A stretch of DNA of 64,000 nt from Sedimentisphaerales bacterium (lineage in GTDB: Bacteria; Planctomycetota; Phycisphaerae; Sedimentisphaerales; SM23-30). A model generated the notes under the pieces. The model saw only the letters and a list, made by a program, of their open reading frames with translations. It did no database searches and had not been told where the DNA came from. Location: NCBI GenBank assembly GCA_963666285.1, contig OY762711.1; one strand, given 5' to 3'. Below are positions 39,942-50,020 of this stretch, one piece after another (the first letter of the stretch is position 1; the number at the start of each line of letters is the position of its first letter). The translations under genes and the position numbers were made by a program.

Positions 39942-40901
39942 ATGAAGAAGTTGTTAGTCCTTGTTTTGTCAGTAGTTAGTTATGGCTCTATGGTTCTGGC
40001 TGCCCCTGTAAATAGTAAGATTATTCCAGACGATGCCAAAGTTGTTTTTCATGCCGATTTTGATGCTTTTCGAAGTTCTCCATATATGGATATTTTGAGT
40101 GAGCTCAAAGATTCAGATGAAAATCCAATGAAAGAAGTTACAGAGAAGCTGGGATTTGATCCTTCAAAAGAAATGGCATCGGTGACAGTATATTCTGATG
40201 CATTTGAACCGGACATGGAAGGGAAGGGTGTGTTTATAATTCAAACTCTGGGTGAAGTTTTGAAACCAGATAGTATTATAAATATGATAAAAGAAGAAAG
40301 TTCTGGCGAAGATGTTGATATTAAATCAACTATGAAGAATTCCAATAAGATTTATACTCTGACAAAGGGTGAAAATAGCGAAGAGAAAATTGAATTTTGT
40401 TTTCTTGATGGAAAGACAGTTGTCGTTGCCGGTAATGATGATATAACAAAAGCAACCAAAACAATTAGTTCAAAATCTGGGAAATATTCAGATATGTCAG
40501 TTGTTCCAGCTGGAAGTATTTTATCAATTAATATTTCAGAATTAGATTTAGGAAATGTGGCAGCAAATAATCCGCAGGTTCAGATGGTAAAGGATGTCAA
40601 TTCTGTATCTTGCTTTATTGGTGAAACCGCAGGTAATACATTTATTACTGCCAAATTGTCTGTGACAGATTCAACAGCAGCTCAAGCACTGCAAGGGCAG
40701 GTAAACGGCATGCTCCAATTTTTAGTTATGTCAGCAGCCAGCCAGTCTCCTGAAATGATGCAATATGCACAAAATATTAAAGTATTAGCTGACGGCGATG
40801 CTGTTAATATTTCTTTCCAGTGTCCATCTGAGTCAATTGTTAATATTGTCAAGGCTAAAATGGCCGAGAGCCAGGCAGGGCCAATGATATCAATAGAATG
40901 A
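39942..40901 (+). CDS. Secreted hypothetical protein
   Basis: Signal peptide MKKLLVLVLSVV..VLA; SD GGAGA. Confidence 0.75.
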   Translation: MKKLLVLVLSVVSYGSMVLAAPVNSKIIPDDAKVVFHADFDAFRSSPYMDILSELKDSDENPMKEVTEKLGFDPSKEMASVTVYSDAFEPDMEGKGVFIIQTLGEVLKPDSIINMIKEESSGEDVDIKSTMKNSNKIYTLTKGENSEEKIEFCFLDGKTVVVAGNDDITKATKTISSKSGKYSDMSVVPAGSILSINISELDLGNVAANNPQVQMVKDVNSVSCFIGETAGNTFITAKLSVTDSTAAQALQGQVNGMLQFLVMSAASQSPEMMQYAQNIKVLADGDAVNISFQCPSESIVNIVKAKMAESQAGPMISIE

Positions 40902-40938
40902 TAATTGTTAATTATACAATTATTTTTGAAAGAGATAT

Positions 40939-40972
40939 AAAAGCTGTCAGCAGAACGTTGACAGCTTTTTTT
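40939..40972 (+). terminator. Intrinsic terminator
   Basis: AAAAGCTGTCAGC..GTTGACAGCTTTTTTT. Confidence 0.8.
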
Positions 40973-41021
40973 AATGCTAACTCGTTGTTGTGTATTCTAT
41001 ATTGATGAGACCGGTGTAAAT

Positions 41022-41058
41022 AAAAAAGCATAGCAGTAGTATAAACTGCTATGCTTTC
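41022..41058 (-). terminator. Intrinsic terminator of the GH2 gene
   Basis: AAAGCATAGCAGT..ACTGCTATGCTTT with an A6 run on the plus strand. Confidence 0.8.
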
Positions 41059-41079
41059 TGAAAAAGGAGGATTGGTAAT

Positions 41080-43368
41080 CTATTTACCGGTTATAGTAGA
41101 AATTCCGGCATCGATAAACTGCCCGCCTGAAGACTGTTTGCAATGAATAGCAATTGTATTTTTACCAGTCTTTAAGGCTGATTTAGCATCAACATCCAGG
41201 ATGATAGGTGCATAATTTGAAGTGTACCCAGCCAGGTCAGCAATCTTTTTACCGTTAAGGTATACAACAGCATCTTCATCATGGTAAATATTTAGAACAG
41301 CTAAACCATCAGGTATTTCTGCTATATTGAAACTTTTTCTGATCCAGATATTGTTAGTATTCCAGGTAGTCTTTACCGGTGCATTTGGGGTACCTTCTGT
41401 ACCAAAACCAGCATCAGCAGATTTCCATGCTGAATCATTAAATGATGGTTTCATCCAGTTATTATCTGGCTCAGATAAGGAATATTTCCATTTCTCAGTT
41501 TTTTCGCTGGTAGTTGGCAGAAGAGTTACCAGTTTAGCTTCATCGGGAGTTTTAAGCAGCATATCAGATAATTTTTTCAGCCATGCTGTATCTACTTTTT
41601 CTACTCTGTCATAGGTAAGAAGACCATTGATTTCACCCTCGACGTCAGTAGTCTGTGTGTAGATTGCGCCGGAGATTCCCCGCATTTTTAAGCCGCACAT
41701 GATATTGATAGAAGTGGCATAACGTTGTTTCCATTCGTCCTGGTCTTTTGGCAAACCGCCATAACCCCAGTTTCTTATCCCAGGATTCCAGAGATGACCT
41801 TCAACCGGGAATCCATGGCCGCCAAACTCACCTACTACTTTTACATAGCCGTCAAAACGGCCGCCTTTACCCTGGTCAAAAGGAAAGCTTGGATGAGGGT
41901 AAGAGTGATTATCAACGACATGCCCAACCGGATGCCAGTTACCGCCGCTGCAAATATTAACCTGACGAGTTGGATCATATTCTGTAATCCATTTGCCTAC
42001 TTCCATTGATTGATGCTGCCCCCAGCTTTCGTTAAATGGAACCCATTGAACTATACAAGGATGACTGTATAAAGTATCTATCATCAGCTTAAGTTCTTTC
42101 ATATACTGAGCGTGTGCTTCTTTTGGCCATACAATGGTTTCAGGATTTGGCTGCAGGAAGGTCCACCTTGGCTGATGTCCGCCTTGACAGTTACTTACCT
42201 GGTCTTGCCACATTAGCATACCAATTTGATCGCAATAAGTATAGTAACGACGAGGTTCAACCTTAATATGTTTACGAATAGTATTGAAGCCCGCGGCTTT
42301 CAGGAATTTTATATCATAAGCCATGGCTTCATCAGATGGAGGGGTCAGTAGCCCGTCCGGCCACCATCCCTGGTCTAAGGTTGCCCAATGGAAATAAGGT
42401 TTGCCGTTAAGAGTGAAACGCAGGTTACCGTTAGCATCAGGTGCAAATGAAGTTTCTCTCAAACCTACATATGATTGGACTGTATCTCTGCCTACTGTAA
42501 TATCCAGATCGTATAAAGTTGGAGATTCTGGAGTCCAGAGTTTAGGAGATGAAATTTGAAGTTTGAATATGCCATTGCTGCTTTGTGCTTTGGCAACTTC
42601 TTTGCCTTTTAAGGAAGCAACAACAGACATTCTTTTTGGATTTCCGACAGCATCAATTTCAATAGTAACTTCCCCGCTTATTTTTGGCGTGATTTTTAGA
42701 GACTTGATATATTTCTTAGGAACTTCTTCCAACCAGACTGTTTGCCAGATACCGGATACTGGAGTATACCAGATGCCTTGGGGGTTATGCATTTGTTTTC
42801 CATGTAGCTGGTAAGTTCCTTTTGCATTGGTAGCATCAGTAACTTTCAAGCTGATAGTATTTTCTCCAGATTTAAGAGCTTTAGTAATATCAAAAGAAAA
42901 CGGAAGATTTCCACCAGTGTTTTCACCAACTTTTGTTTCATTAACCCAGACAGTACTTTGATAGTCAACAGCTTCAAAGTTTAGCAAATATGTTCTTTTT
43001 GTGTTTTTGTCGACATTTATGGTACGTTTATACCAGATTGCGTCATTTTCGGTAACACGTTTCCTTATGCCAGACAAAGCAGCTTCAACGGCGAAAGGAA
43101 CAAGTATTTTACCATCATATTTATCCGGGGCACTGGCATCTTTACTGGTAATAGCATAATCCCATAAGCCATTAAGATTTGTCCATGTGTCACGTTTCAT
43201 TGCCGGACGAGGGTATTCCTGCCAGGCATTATCAGGAGTAACATTTTTGCCCCATTTTGTAACAATTGGGCATTCTGCCATTTTCCATGCAAAACATGTG
43301 CTGGTCATAAACCCGCAGCATATTGCAGTAATTAACAGGGAATTCACTAGTAAACTTTTCTTCATCAT
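41080..43368 (-). CDS. Secreted GH2 glycoside hydrolase with a C-terminal galactose-binding-like domain
   Basis: EYPRP, NLNGLWDY, GIWQTVWLE, LDQGWWPDG, RKHIKVEP, FNESWG (acid/base), GEFGG (nucleophile). Confidence 0.9.
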   Translation of the reverse strand: MMKKSLLVNSLLITAICCGFMTSTCFAWKMAECPIVTKWGKNVTPDNAWQEYPRPAMKRDTWTNLNGLWDYAITSKDASAPDKYDGKILVPFAVEAALSGIRKRVTENDAIWYKRTINVDKNTKRTYLLNFEAVDYQSTVWVNETKVGENTGGNLPFSFDITKALKSGENTISLKVTDATNAKGTYQLHGKQMHNPQGIWYTPVSGIWQTVWLEEVPKKYIKSLKITPKISGEVTIEIDAVGNPKRMSVVASLKGKEVAKAQSSNGIFKLQISSPKLWTPESPTLYDLDITVGRDTVQSYVGLRETSFAPDANGNLRFTLNGKPYFHWATLDQGWWPDGLLTPPSDEAMAYDIKFLKAAGFNTIRKHIKVEPRRYYTYCDQIGMLMWQDQVSNCQGGHQPRWTFLQPNPETIVWPKEAHAQYMKELKLMIDTLYSHPCIVQWVPFNESWGQHQSMEVGKWITEYDPTRQVNICSGGNWHPVGHVVDNHSYPHPSFPFDQGKGGRFDGYVKVVGEFGGHGFPVEGHLWNPGIRNWGYGGLPKDQDEWKQRYATSINIMCGLKMRGISGAIYTQTTDVEGEINGLLTYDRVEKVDTAWLKKLSDMLLKTPDEAKLVTLLPTTSEKTEKWKYSLSEPDNNWMKPSFNDSAWKSADAGFGTEGTPNAPVKTTWNTNNIWIRKSFNIAEIPDGLAVLNIYHDEDAVVYLNGKKIADLAGYTSNYAPIILDVDAKSALKTGKNTIAIHCKQSSGGQFIDAGISTITGK

Positions 43369-43682
43369 TAATTACCTTTCATCTAAAACAATTTATAAAT
43401 ATTTATTACTTAATTAGCCTTAATAACATGTAAGCTAAACAGAACGTAAAACTGTATTACCTTACTATTAATGTAGTTTTTTCTTAATTTGTAAACTAAT
43501 TTATGAAGGTTTTTATGGTTTTAGCAGGTTATTAATGATAAGTGACAAAAAAGTAGTTTTTTTGGAAATATTTATATTATTTTTCTTGCCGGAAGAGAGC
43601 TTTTTATGGAAGGGCATATATTGCAATATGTTAAACGCTTCTTTTTTAATGGTTATTTTGCTTTGGGATACAAAATAAGTAC

Positions 43683-43725
43683 AAAAAAAATCGCTCCGGC
43701 AGCTTGCGCCACCGGAACGAAAAAA
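43683..43725 (-). terminator. Intrinsic terminator
   Basis: TCG.TCCGG..CCGGA.CGA stem flanked by A-runs. Confidence 0.65.
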
Positions 43726-43744
43726 CTAGTGAAGTTAAGATTTA

Positions 43745-45694
43745 TTAGTCACAGTCGAGCCATCCACATGCCAGCCATTCTGCTGCCAGCATGCCGAGGT
43801 CTTCTAGATTTACACGGCAATCACCATTAACATCTGCTGTTGGAGAATCAATACATGCATTAGTTGGAACTTCATCAGCACCAGTTGTATAATGCTCAGT
43901 AATCCACTCTGGAGACAGGGCTTCGTCATAAATACGGAATTCATTGATTGAGCCAGTAAATCCGGCGTCATCCCATTGTGCGCGTCCAAGCCAGTTGTTT
44001 ACGTCATTGAATTCTGCCAGGGTTACATGCAGGGCTGTACCGTCTGAAATACTTGCACCATTTACATATACCTTTGATTTGTTATCAAATTCACTCCAGG
44101 TAATGGCTACACAAATTTCAGTATTAACAGGTGCAGGTTGTGTCCAGTTAACGACTTTTTCACCCAGACCTGCAGCGTTATTAGTGAAGCCAAAACGCAT
44201 TGGGTTATTTAAAGCGTCAGCTCTTGGTGTCAGGAATATATAATTTGATGTATTGCCACCGGAAGATATGTCTTCACCTTCATTACTACTACCAAAGTCA
44301 AATACGCGTTCCCAGTTTTGGGTTTCAGGTCCACCCCATGTGAACCAGATAATGAAAGTAAATTCTTTACCCAGAGAAGAAATCATACCATTAGGCAGAT
44401 CAATGTAGCCAATATTACCGCTATTTGAACTGTATCCACTGTTATTTGTAAATACGGCTTGTCCGTTTTCAATAGTTACATTATTATTTGGAGCAATAAT
44501 TTTACCTACAGCGCCACCAACATAGTCGTTAGGGTCATCAGTGAAACTGAAACGATGGACTAATCCGCGAGTTACGAATAGAGTTACAGTGTTACTTGTT
44601 TCAGAGCCTATATCATTAGAAACTGTACAATAATAAGAACCTTTATCTGCATATTCGACTTCGGTTATCTCCAATACATTGCCAGTACCAACTGAAACAT
44701 CTCCGCTTTCTTTAACTTTGAACCACTCATAAGAAATTGTTGATGGGTCAATAGATTCAGCTGCAATGGAGAAAGAAGCATCTTTACCAACTTTAGCCTG
44801 ATTGTTTCCTGGCTGGCTGGTAATGGTAGGAATACCATTGTTTGTTGTGAATGTTGTACGTTCACCTTTGTGTACGGTGTTGTCAGCTTCTACAGCATCA
44901 ACGCGCCATGTGTATTCGGTGTTATATTGTAAGAGATTTCCATTACCAATATTACCAAGGTCCAGTTCGGTAGCTGTTATACCTGTATATTCAATATTTG
45001 GATCGGCAAAGAGAGTAACATTGTAAGAAACAGCTTCGATTGTTGTCGGTTCAAACCAAGATAGAAGACCGTCTTTGACATTATCTGCACCATCAACCGG
45101 TTCAACGCCGCCGGCAATATCAGCATTGCTTCTGATATATTCATTAGCGATAACTGTAGGTGAAGAAATGCCAGGACCGGTCCAGGCTACTGACTGATGG
45201 TCGCCGCCATATCCTTCACAATGAGCAACATAGAAGCGGTAATATTTACCGGCTTCCAGTGTGACAGGATCTGAAATCTGTTCTGGAAATGCATAATAGC
45301 CTTGATAGCCAGACCATTGAGAGTTTGCGTCACCTTCAAGACTACAGATGTAATCACCAGTAGGTTCACTTGCATTTGAACTTAAGAATAAAGCGCCTTC
45401 GTCATCACTTGAAAGATAGAATATATAGTCGCCGGTAGCAGGAGGGGTAATCCATCCATATGTTTTACTTACATAATCATCATAGCCGCCAACTCCGTTC
45501 CAGGTTAATTCAGAGCGAACTAAAATAAAATCTGGAACGTATTCTTCAGCTTGAACAAATGCAATTGCCTGATCAAGTGTGTCTATTCCACCTTGATTTA
45601 ACCATACTTTTTGTTCGACGCTGCCTACTGCACCAAAAGTAGTACTGCAAAATAATAAACAACTCAAAAACAAACCAGCAATTCCTGTTCTCAT
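43745..45694 (-). CDS. Secreted PA14-Ig-LamG protein with half-dockerin-like tail
   Basis: PA14 motifs GWITPPATGDYIF.LSSDD and LEAGKYY; Ig DKGSYYC; LamG GSINEFRIYD. Confidence 0.85.
   Translation of the reverse strand: MRTGIAGLFLSCLLFCSTTFGAVGSVEQKVWLNQGGIDTLDQAIAFVQAEEYVPDFILVRSELTWNGVGGYDDYVSKTYGWITPPATGDYIFYLSSDDEGALFLSSNASEPTGDYICSLEGDANSQWSGYQGYYAFPEQISDPVTLEAGKYYRFYVAHCEGYGGDHQSVAWTGPGISSPTVIANEYIRSNADIAGGVEPVDGADNVKDGLLSWFEPTTIEAVSYNVTLFADPNIEYTGITATELDLGNIGNGNLLQYNTEYTWRVDAVEADNTVHKGERTTFTTNNGIPTITSQPGNNQAKVGKDASFSIAAESIDPSTISYEWFKVKESGDVSVGTGNVLEITEVEYADKGSYYCTVSNDIGSETSNTVTLFVTRGLVHRFSFTDDPNDYVGGAVGKIIAPNNNVTIENGQAVFTNNSGYSSNSGNIGYIDLPNGMISSLGKEFTFIIWFTWGGPETQNWERVFDFGSSNEGEDISSGGNTSNYIFLTPRADALNNPMRFGFTNNAAGLGEKVVNWTQPAPVNTEICVAITWSEFDNKSKVYVNGASISDGTALHVTLAEFNDVNNWLGRAQWDDAGFTGSINEFRIYDEALSPEWITEHYTTGADEVPTNACIDSPTADVNGDCRVNLEDLGMLAAEWLACGWLDCD
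43772..43855 (-). repeat. Half-dockerin-like motif, copy 6
   Basis: CIDSPTADVNGDCRVNLEDLGMLAAEWL (closest to the canonical DxNxDxxV[DN]xxD loop). Confidence 0.75.
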
Positions 45695-45816
45695 AATAGA
45701 CTCTCCTTATTAAAAGAGGACACTAAAATTACATAATACTTTTTTAAGTATTTTAACACGCCTTTTTCAAAAATATATTCAGACTAAACTGTTTTGGAAA
45801 AGTCTGTCAACTTTTA

Positions 45817-47490
45817 TTATTTTGTTTTCAGGATCAGTTCTGGTTTAGCAAAAACACACCAGTCTGCCCAGGTACTGATCAAAGTATCGTCAGGGTCGCC
45901 GCCATCAGTAGATATCAGCGTTAGAAAACGATCTGTTTCTTTAATTTCTAAATCAATATTGTAAATTGAATTGCAATTATCCATAGCGGACTGGTTGTAC
46001 TTGATCTTCCCGTCAATTAGTACATAAACATCAGCTTTACCTTTATTGTCAAGGTTTCCGGCCGAGGTAAAGCCGGTATCGGCTTTGAATCTGTCAAATG
46101 TTAATCTGGAATCAGCCAGGTCATTTCTTATAGCATTCAAGTCGAAAGTAATTCCCAGGTTTGCATGCATTAATATACTAGGGTAATCGGGTGTACCAAT
46201 AATCCTGTTTCCCAGTTTGGATGTTTCTATTCCTTCTATAGCCCAATCAGCACTACCTTTACCATTTGTTATATTTAGATAAAAGTTTGTGTTAGTTTTG
46301 GGGCATTCTTTGAATAATATTCCGGTCGAGCTGATTTGCTGGTTGCTTCCAACCGGCACAAATACACCGTCAATATATTTGTCATATTTGGTAGCAACGA
46401 ATTTACCTTCTACTTTGCGGTCTTGATTTATTCCGGTTTCTCTTTTTCCCGTATCAGGGTTAATTCCTAGCTCCAGTTGACCGGTACCAAATCCGTTGCC
46501 TCCTCCAACTATATCAGCGAGGTTGATGTTTGTGTCTCCATACCAGATATGTTTTGAAATTGGGTCAATAGCTCGTGCAAATGCCCCTTCATCTAATGCG
46601 ATATTCGATACATTGCCGCTGTATGAGTCTACTGTTCTAGCCTGACCTTCAACAATTGTTTGCTTAAAATTGTAGCCGGAATCATTACCGGAAAACAGTG
46701 CAGTTTTTCCATCGTAAACATGAAGATCAGTATCACCATTGACATTAACCATCATGCCGAATTCAGTTCCCAGATCGACAACTTTGCTGTATTTTGTGTC
46801 AATAGCAAAGCCGACAGCCTGTGGCGGTACCTGGGCATATAATCTTCCAAATTTAAGATAGATTTTATCTTGTGACTTCAAACTAAACTCTACAGGCGAT
46901 TCCAATATTACTTTTGTACCATTTTCAAAAGCCAATTCAATTGTACCGTCTTTAAGACTGTAATCACCTGGCCAGAGCCATTGGCCTTCGTGTAGTTTTT
47001 CCCCCTTGAACCTAAAATCACTTTTAACTTCGCAGCTTATCTTTGCCAGTTTTGGCAAAATATTGGTTGCATGATAATTAACAATTTTTTTATCCAGCCA
47101 GAGGACGCCAAAGCAAATAAGTACAAATGCTGCTATTCCAAAGAAATATGACTTCAAATTCTTTTTTGTCATTTGAGTTTTTCTTATATTATCAGCATTT
47201 TTCGTATCAGCTATTTCTTGTATAGGTGAAGCTTCAAGCTCTTGTTTTGCCATGAGATCCAGCATTGCAATTGTCGTATCTTCTTGAGTCATGTGAGTTG
47301 GTGATTCTGCAGCATGTTCTCTTCTGTCCAGAAGTGAAAACATAGAAACAAACTCCACGTAATACCTCATGAACTCAGGTTTTGAACAAATGAGTTCCTG
47401 AAACTGTTCAAATTCCTTTTCAGAGCATTTGTTGTCCATGAGGTCTATAATTAACCTGCTTAACTGATCATACTTATTATTTGCTGCCAT
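45817..47490 (-). CDS. FecR-like anti-sigma factor with C-terminal NPCBM/NEW2-like domain
   Basis: TM, then VVDLGTEFG and HVYDG FecR motifs; C-terminal DWCVFAKPEL; TAATG coupling with the ECF stop. Confidence 0.8.
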   Translation of the reverse strand: MAANNKYDQLSRLIIDLMDNKCSEKEFEQFQELICSKPEFMRYYVEFVSMFSLLDRREHAAESPTHMTQEDTTIAMLDLMAKQELEASPIQEIADTKNADNIRKTQMTKKNLKSYFFGIAAFVLICFGVLWLDKKIVNYHATNILPKLAKISCEVKSDFRFKGEKLHEGQWLWPGDYSLKDGTIELAFENGTKVILESPVEFSLKSQDKIYLKFGRLYAQVPPQAVGFAIDTKYSKVVDLGTEFGMMVNVNGDTDLHVYDGKTALFSGNDSGYNFKQTIVEGQARTVDSYSGNVSNIALDEGAFARAIDPISKHIWYGDTNINLADIVGGGNGFGTGQLELGINPDTGKRETGINQDRKVEGKFVATKYDKYIDGVFVPVGSNQQISSTGILFKECPKTNTNFYLNITNGKGSADWAIEGIETSKLGNRIIGTPDYPSILMHANLGITFDLNAIRNDLADSRLTFDRFKADTGFTSAGNLDNKGKADVYVLIDGKIKYNQSAMDNCNSIYNIDLEIKETDRFLTLISTDGGDPDDTLISTWADWCVFAKPELILKTK

Positions 47491-48041
47491 TATTTTGCCT
47501 CCTGCTCCCGTAATGTTCTCATTACACATCGCAGCAGTATATCATGTACTTTTGGTATAGTTTTATATACACTGGCAACAGTCATATGTAGTTTTTCAGC
47601 TATTGATTTTGTATTCAACTGTTTAGTATGTTTTAACAGGATTAATTTTCGATCTTTTTCGTTGAGCTTTTTTAAGCATCCCTGCAGGACGTCGTATCTT
47701 TCTTCCAGGTTATCATTAATTTTCTCGGTTATGCCTGCAATTTGTTCCAAAACATCATCAGAAAATTTGATTTTACTGGAGTATTTCTTCTGTCTATATT
47801 GCAATACTTTGTAGTGGGCAATTTTCATTCCCCAGGAAGCAAAGTTTTTGATGTCCTGATTGTCATTATATTTAACCCACATAAGGGCAGCGGTTTCCTG
47901 TAATAGATCTTCAGCGTCATTAGTGTTGTGAACCAATGTCAGGATAAATGAGTAAATGCGTTTTTCTGCTTCAAGCATTTTGCGCACAAAAGATTCTCCA
48001 ATATCAATTGTGGTATCAAAATGTATTTCCTGCTTTTGCAT
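47490..48041 (-). CDS. ECF sigma factor (Rhodopirellula/Verrucomicrobium-type)
   Basis: IYSFILTLV..DAEDLLQET..W, NFASW..KIA, CLKKL, LLRCV; start could also be 48080. Confidence 0.85.
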   Translation of the reverse strand: MQKQEIHFDTTIDIGESFVRKMLEAEKRIYSFILTLVHNTNDAEDLLQETAALMWVKYNDNQDIKNFASWGMKIAHYKVLQYRQKKYSSKIKFSDDVLEQIAGITEKINDNLEERYDVLQGCLKKLNEKDRKLILLKHTKQLNTKSIAEKLHMTVASVYKTIPKVHDILLRCVMRTLREQEAK

Positions 48042-48460
48042 TCTATTACTTTCAGAATAGGCCCGAATGGGCAATACCATTTAAATAGCATAAATCTGAG
48101 GTATGTATCTGAAGAAGCAGACTTTTAGATAACCTCATTATTTATATATCTTTACTAAGAAAAAGTATAAGAGTTTCAGAATTTCACTGGATTAAATGAA
48201 TCATTAAATGATACTCAATAATGGTTCAAGATCTTTTTCTCTATAAGCAAGTCTGTTCAATAGTCGATTTTTAGAAAGAAAAATTATTTTTTTATATATT
48301 TTTGCGTCTGTTATTACGTAAAAAATTGATGTAATGGCCTGCAAAATAGTTATAATGGATGGTTTAGAATATTATTGACAAAATATACCGGTTGCTTTAT
48401 TGTCGCCCGGCATATTTGCCCTTTTTTAGTAAGTCGCTTAAAATAAAGGAATTATGTTAA

Positions 48461-49915
48461 ATGTCTGAAAAATTACAGAAACTTGAAGATCTGGTCTCAT
48501 TATGTAAACGCAGAGGTTTTATTTTCCAGTCTAGTGATATATATGGTGGTCTGGCAAGTTGTTACGACTATGGTCCTCTTGGAGCCGAACTGAAACGGAA
48601 CGTTAAAAATGCCTGGTGGAAACGTGTTGTTCAGATGAGAGATGATATGGTAGGAATCGATTGTTCGATTCTAATGCATCCTATGATATGGAAGGCGTCC
48701 GGACATGTTGATAAATTTGCAGATCTGGTCGCAGAATGTAAAAAATGCCATACTCGTACCCGAGCAGACCACCTTGAAGATGAAAATGGTAATACCAAAG
48801 AAGGTGCTTCAACAGCTGAAGAGCTAAAAGATAAGATTTGTCCAGGATGTAAAACTGTTGGTGATTTTACAGAGCCAATGCCTTTTAAACTTATGTTTGA
48901 GACAAGGATGGGAGCTAATGCTGATGATGCGATGACTGTGTATCTTCGTCCGGAAACAGCTCAAGGTATTTTTGCTAACTATCGAAACGTCCTTGACAGC
49001 ACCCGTGTTAAAGTACCTTTTGGAATTGCACAGGTTGGTAAAAGCTTTCGTAATGAGGTTACTACCAAGGCATTTATCTTCCGTACTCGAGAATTTGAGC
49101 AGATGGAGATAGAGTTTTTCTGTAAGCCTGGTACAGATGAAGAATGGTACGATCAATGGAAAGAAGCCCGCATGAGCTGGTATACAGAGCTTGGCATTAA
49201 ACCAGAAAACCTGCGTTTTAGGGATCATGCCAGTGATGAGCTTGCCCATTATGCCAAGAGCTGTGTCGATATTGAGTACCTTTTCCCATTTGGTAAAGGC
49301 GATTGGCAGGAATTGGAAGGTATTGCCAACCGTACAGACTATGATTTGCGTCAGCATCAGCGAGGTATGAGGTCTGTAACGAGTTGGATAGAAAATAACC
49401 GAGATGCGGTCACTACCCCATTAAAGGAAGAGTCTGAAGACTGGGCAAAAGGGCCGTTAAGCTTTTTTGAGGAAGAAAATCGTGAAAGATATATTCCTTA
49501 TGTAATCGAACCATCTGCAGGTGCTGACCGTGGTACTTTGGCATTTCTGGTTGATGCTTATACCGTTGAAGATTTGGGTGATGGTAAAGAACGCAACGTT
49601 TTTAAATTCCATCCAGAGCTGGCTCCAATTAAGGTTGCGATTCTGCCGTTGGTGAAAAAAGAAGGCATGCCGGAAAAGGCAATGAATATCTACGACGATC
49701 TGAAAAAGCATTTTGCATGTTTTTATGATGAAAAGGCTGCAATTGGTCGTCGTTATCGCCGGCAGGATGAAGCTGGAACTCCTTATTGCGTCTGCGTTGA
49801 TGGTCAGACCAATGAAGATGGTACAGTGACCGTCCGTGATCGTGATACTATGGAGCAGACTCGCGTAAGTACCGATCAGCTTAAAGGGTATTTATTCGAT
49901 AAGCTTAGCATATAG
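48461..49915 (+). CDS. glyQS: Glycine--tRNA ligase, alpha2 (homodimeric) type
   Basis: KRRGF, YLRPETAQG, GKSFRNE, FRTREFEQME, VIEPSAG, IGRRYRRQDEAGTP. Confidence 0.95.
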   Translation: MSEKLQKLEDLVSLCKRRGFIFQSSDIYGGLASCYDYGPLGAELKRNVKNAWWKRVVQMRDDMVGIDCSILMHPMIWKASGHVDKFADLVAECKKCHTRTRADHLEDENGNTKEGASTAEELKDKICPGCKTVGDFTEPMPFKLMFETRMGANADDAMTVYLRPETAQGIFANYRNVLDSTRVKVPFGIAQVGKSFRNEVTTKAFIFRTREFEQMEIEFFCKPGTDEEWYDQWKEARMSWYTELGIKPENLRFRDHASDELAHYAKSCVDIEYLFPFGKGDWQELEGIANRTDYDLRQHQRGMRSVTSWIENNRDAVTTPLKEESEDWAKGPLSFFEEENRERYIPYVIEPSAGADRGTLAFLVDAYTVEDLGDGKERNVFKFHPELAPIKVAILPLVKKEGMPEKAMNIYDDLKKHFACFYDEKAAIGRRYRRQDEAGTPYCVCVDGQTNEDGTVTVRDRDTMEQTRVSTDQLKGYLFDKLSI

Positions 49916-49950
49916 AACAACTTGTTAAAATTAAATATATTGCCTATAAT

Positions 49951-49989
49951 ACAGAAGAGCCGTGATTAAGCGGCCTTCTGTGTTTTTTT
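49951..49989 (+). terminator. Intrinsic terminator
   Basis: ACAGAAG.GCCG..CGGC.CTTCTGT followed by T7. Confidence 0.7.
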
Positions 49990-50020
49990 ATTTTACGAAA
50001 GCATTACGTTAGGATACGAG

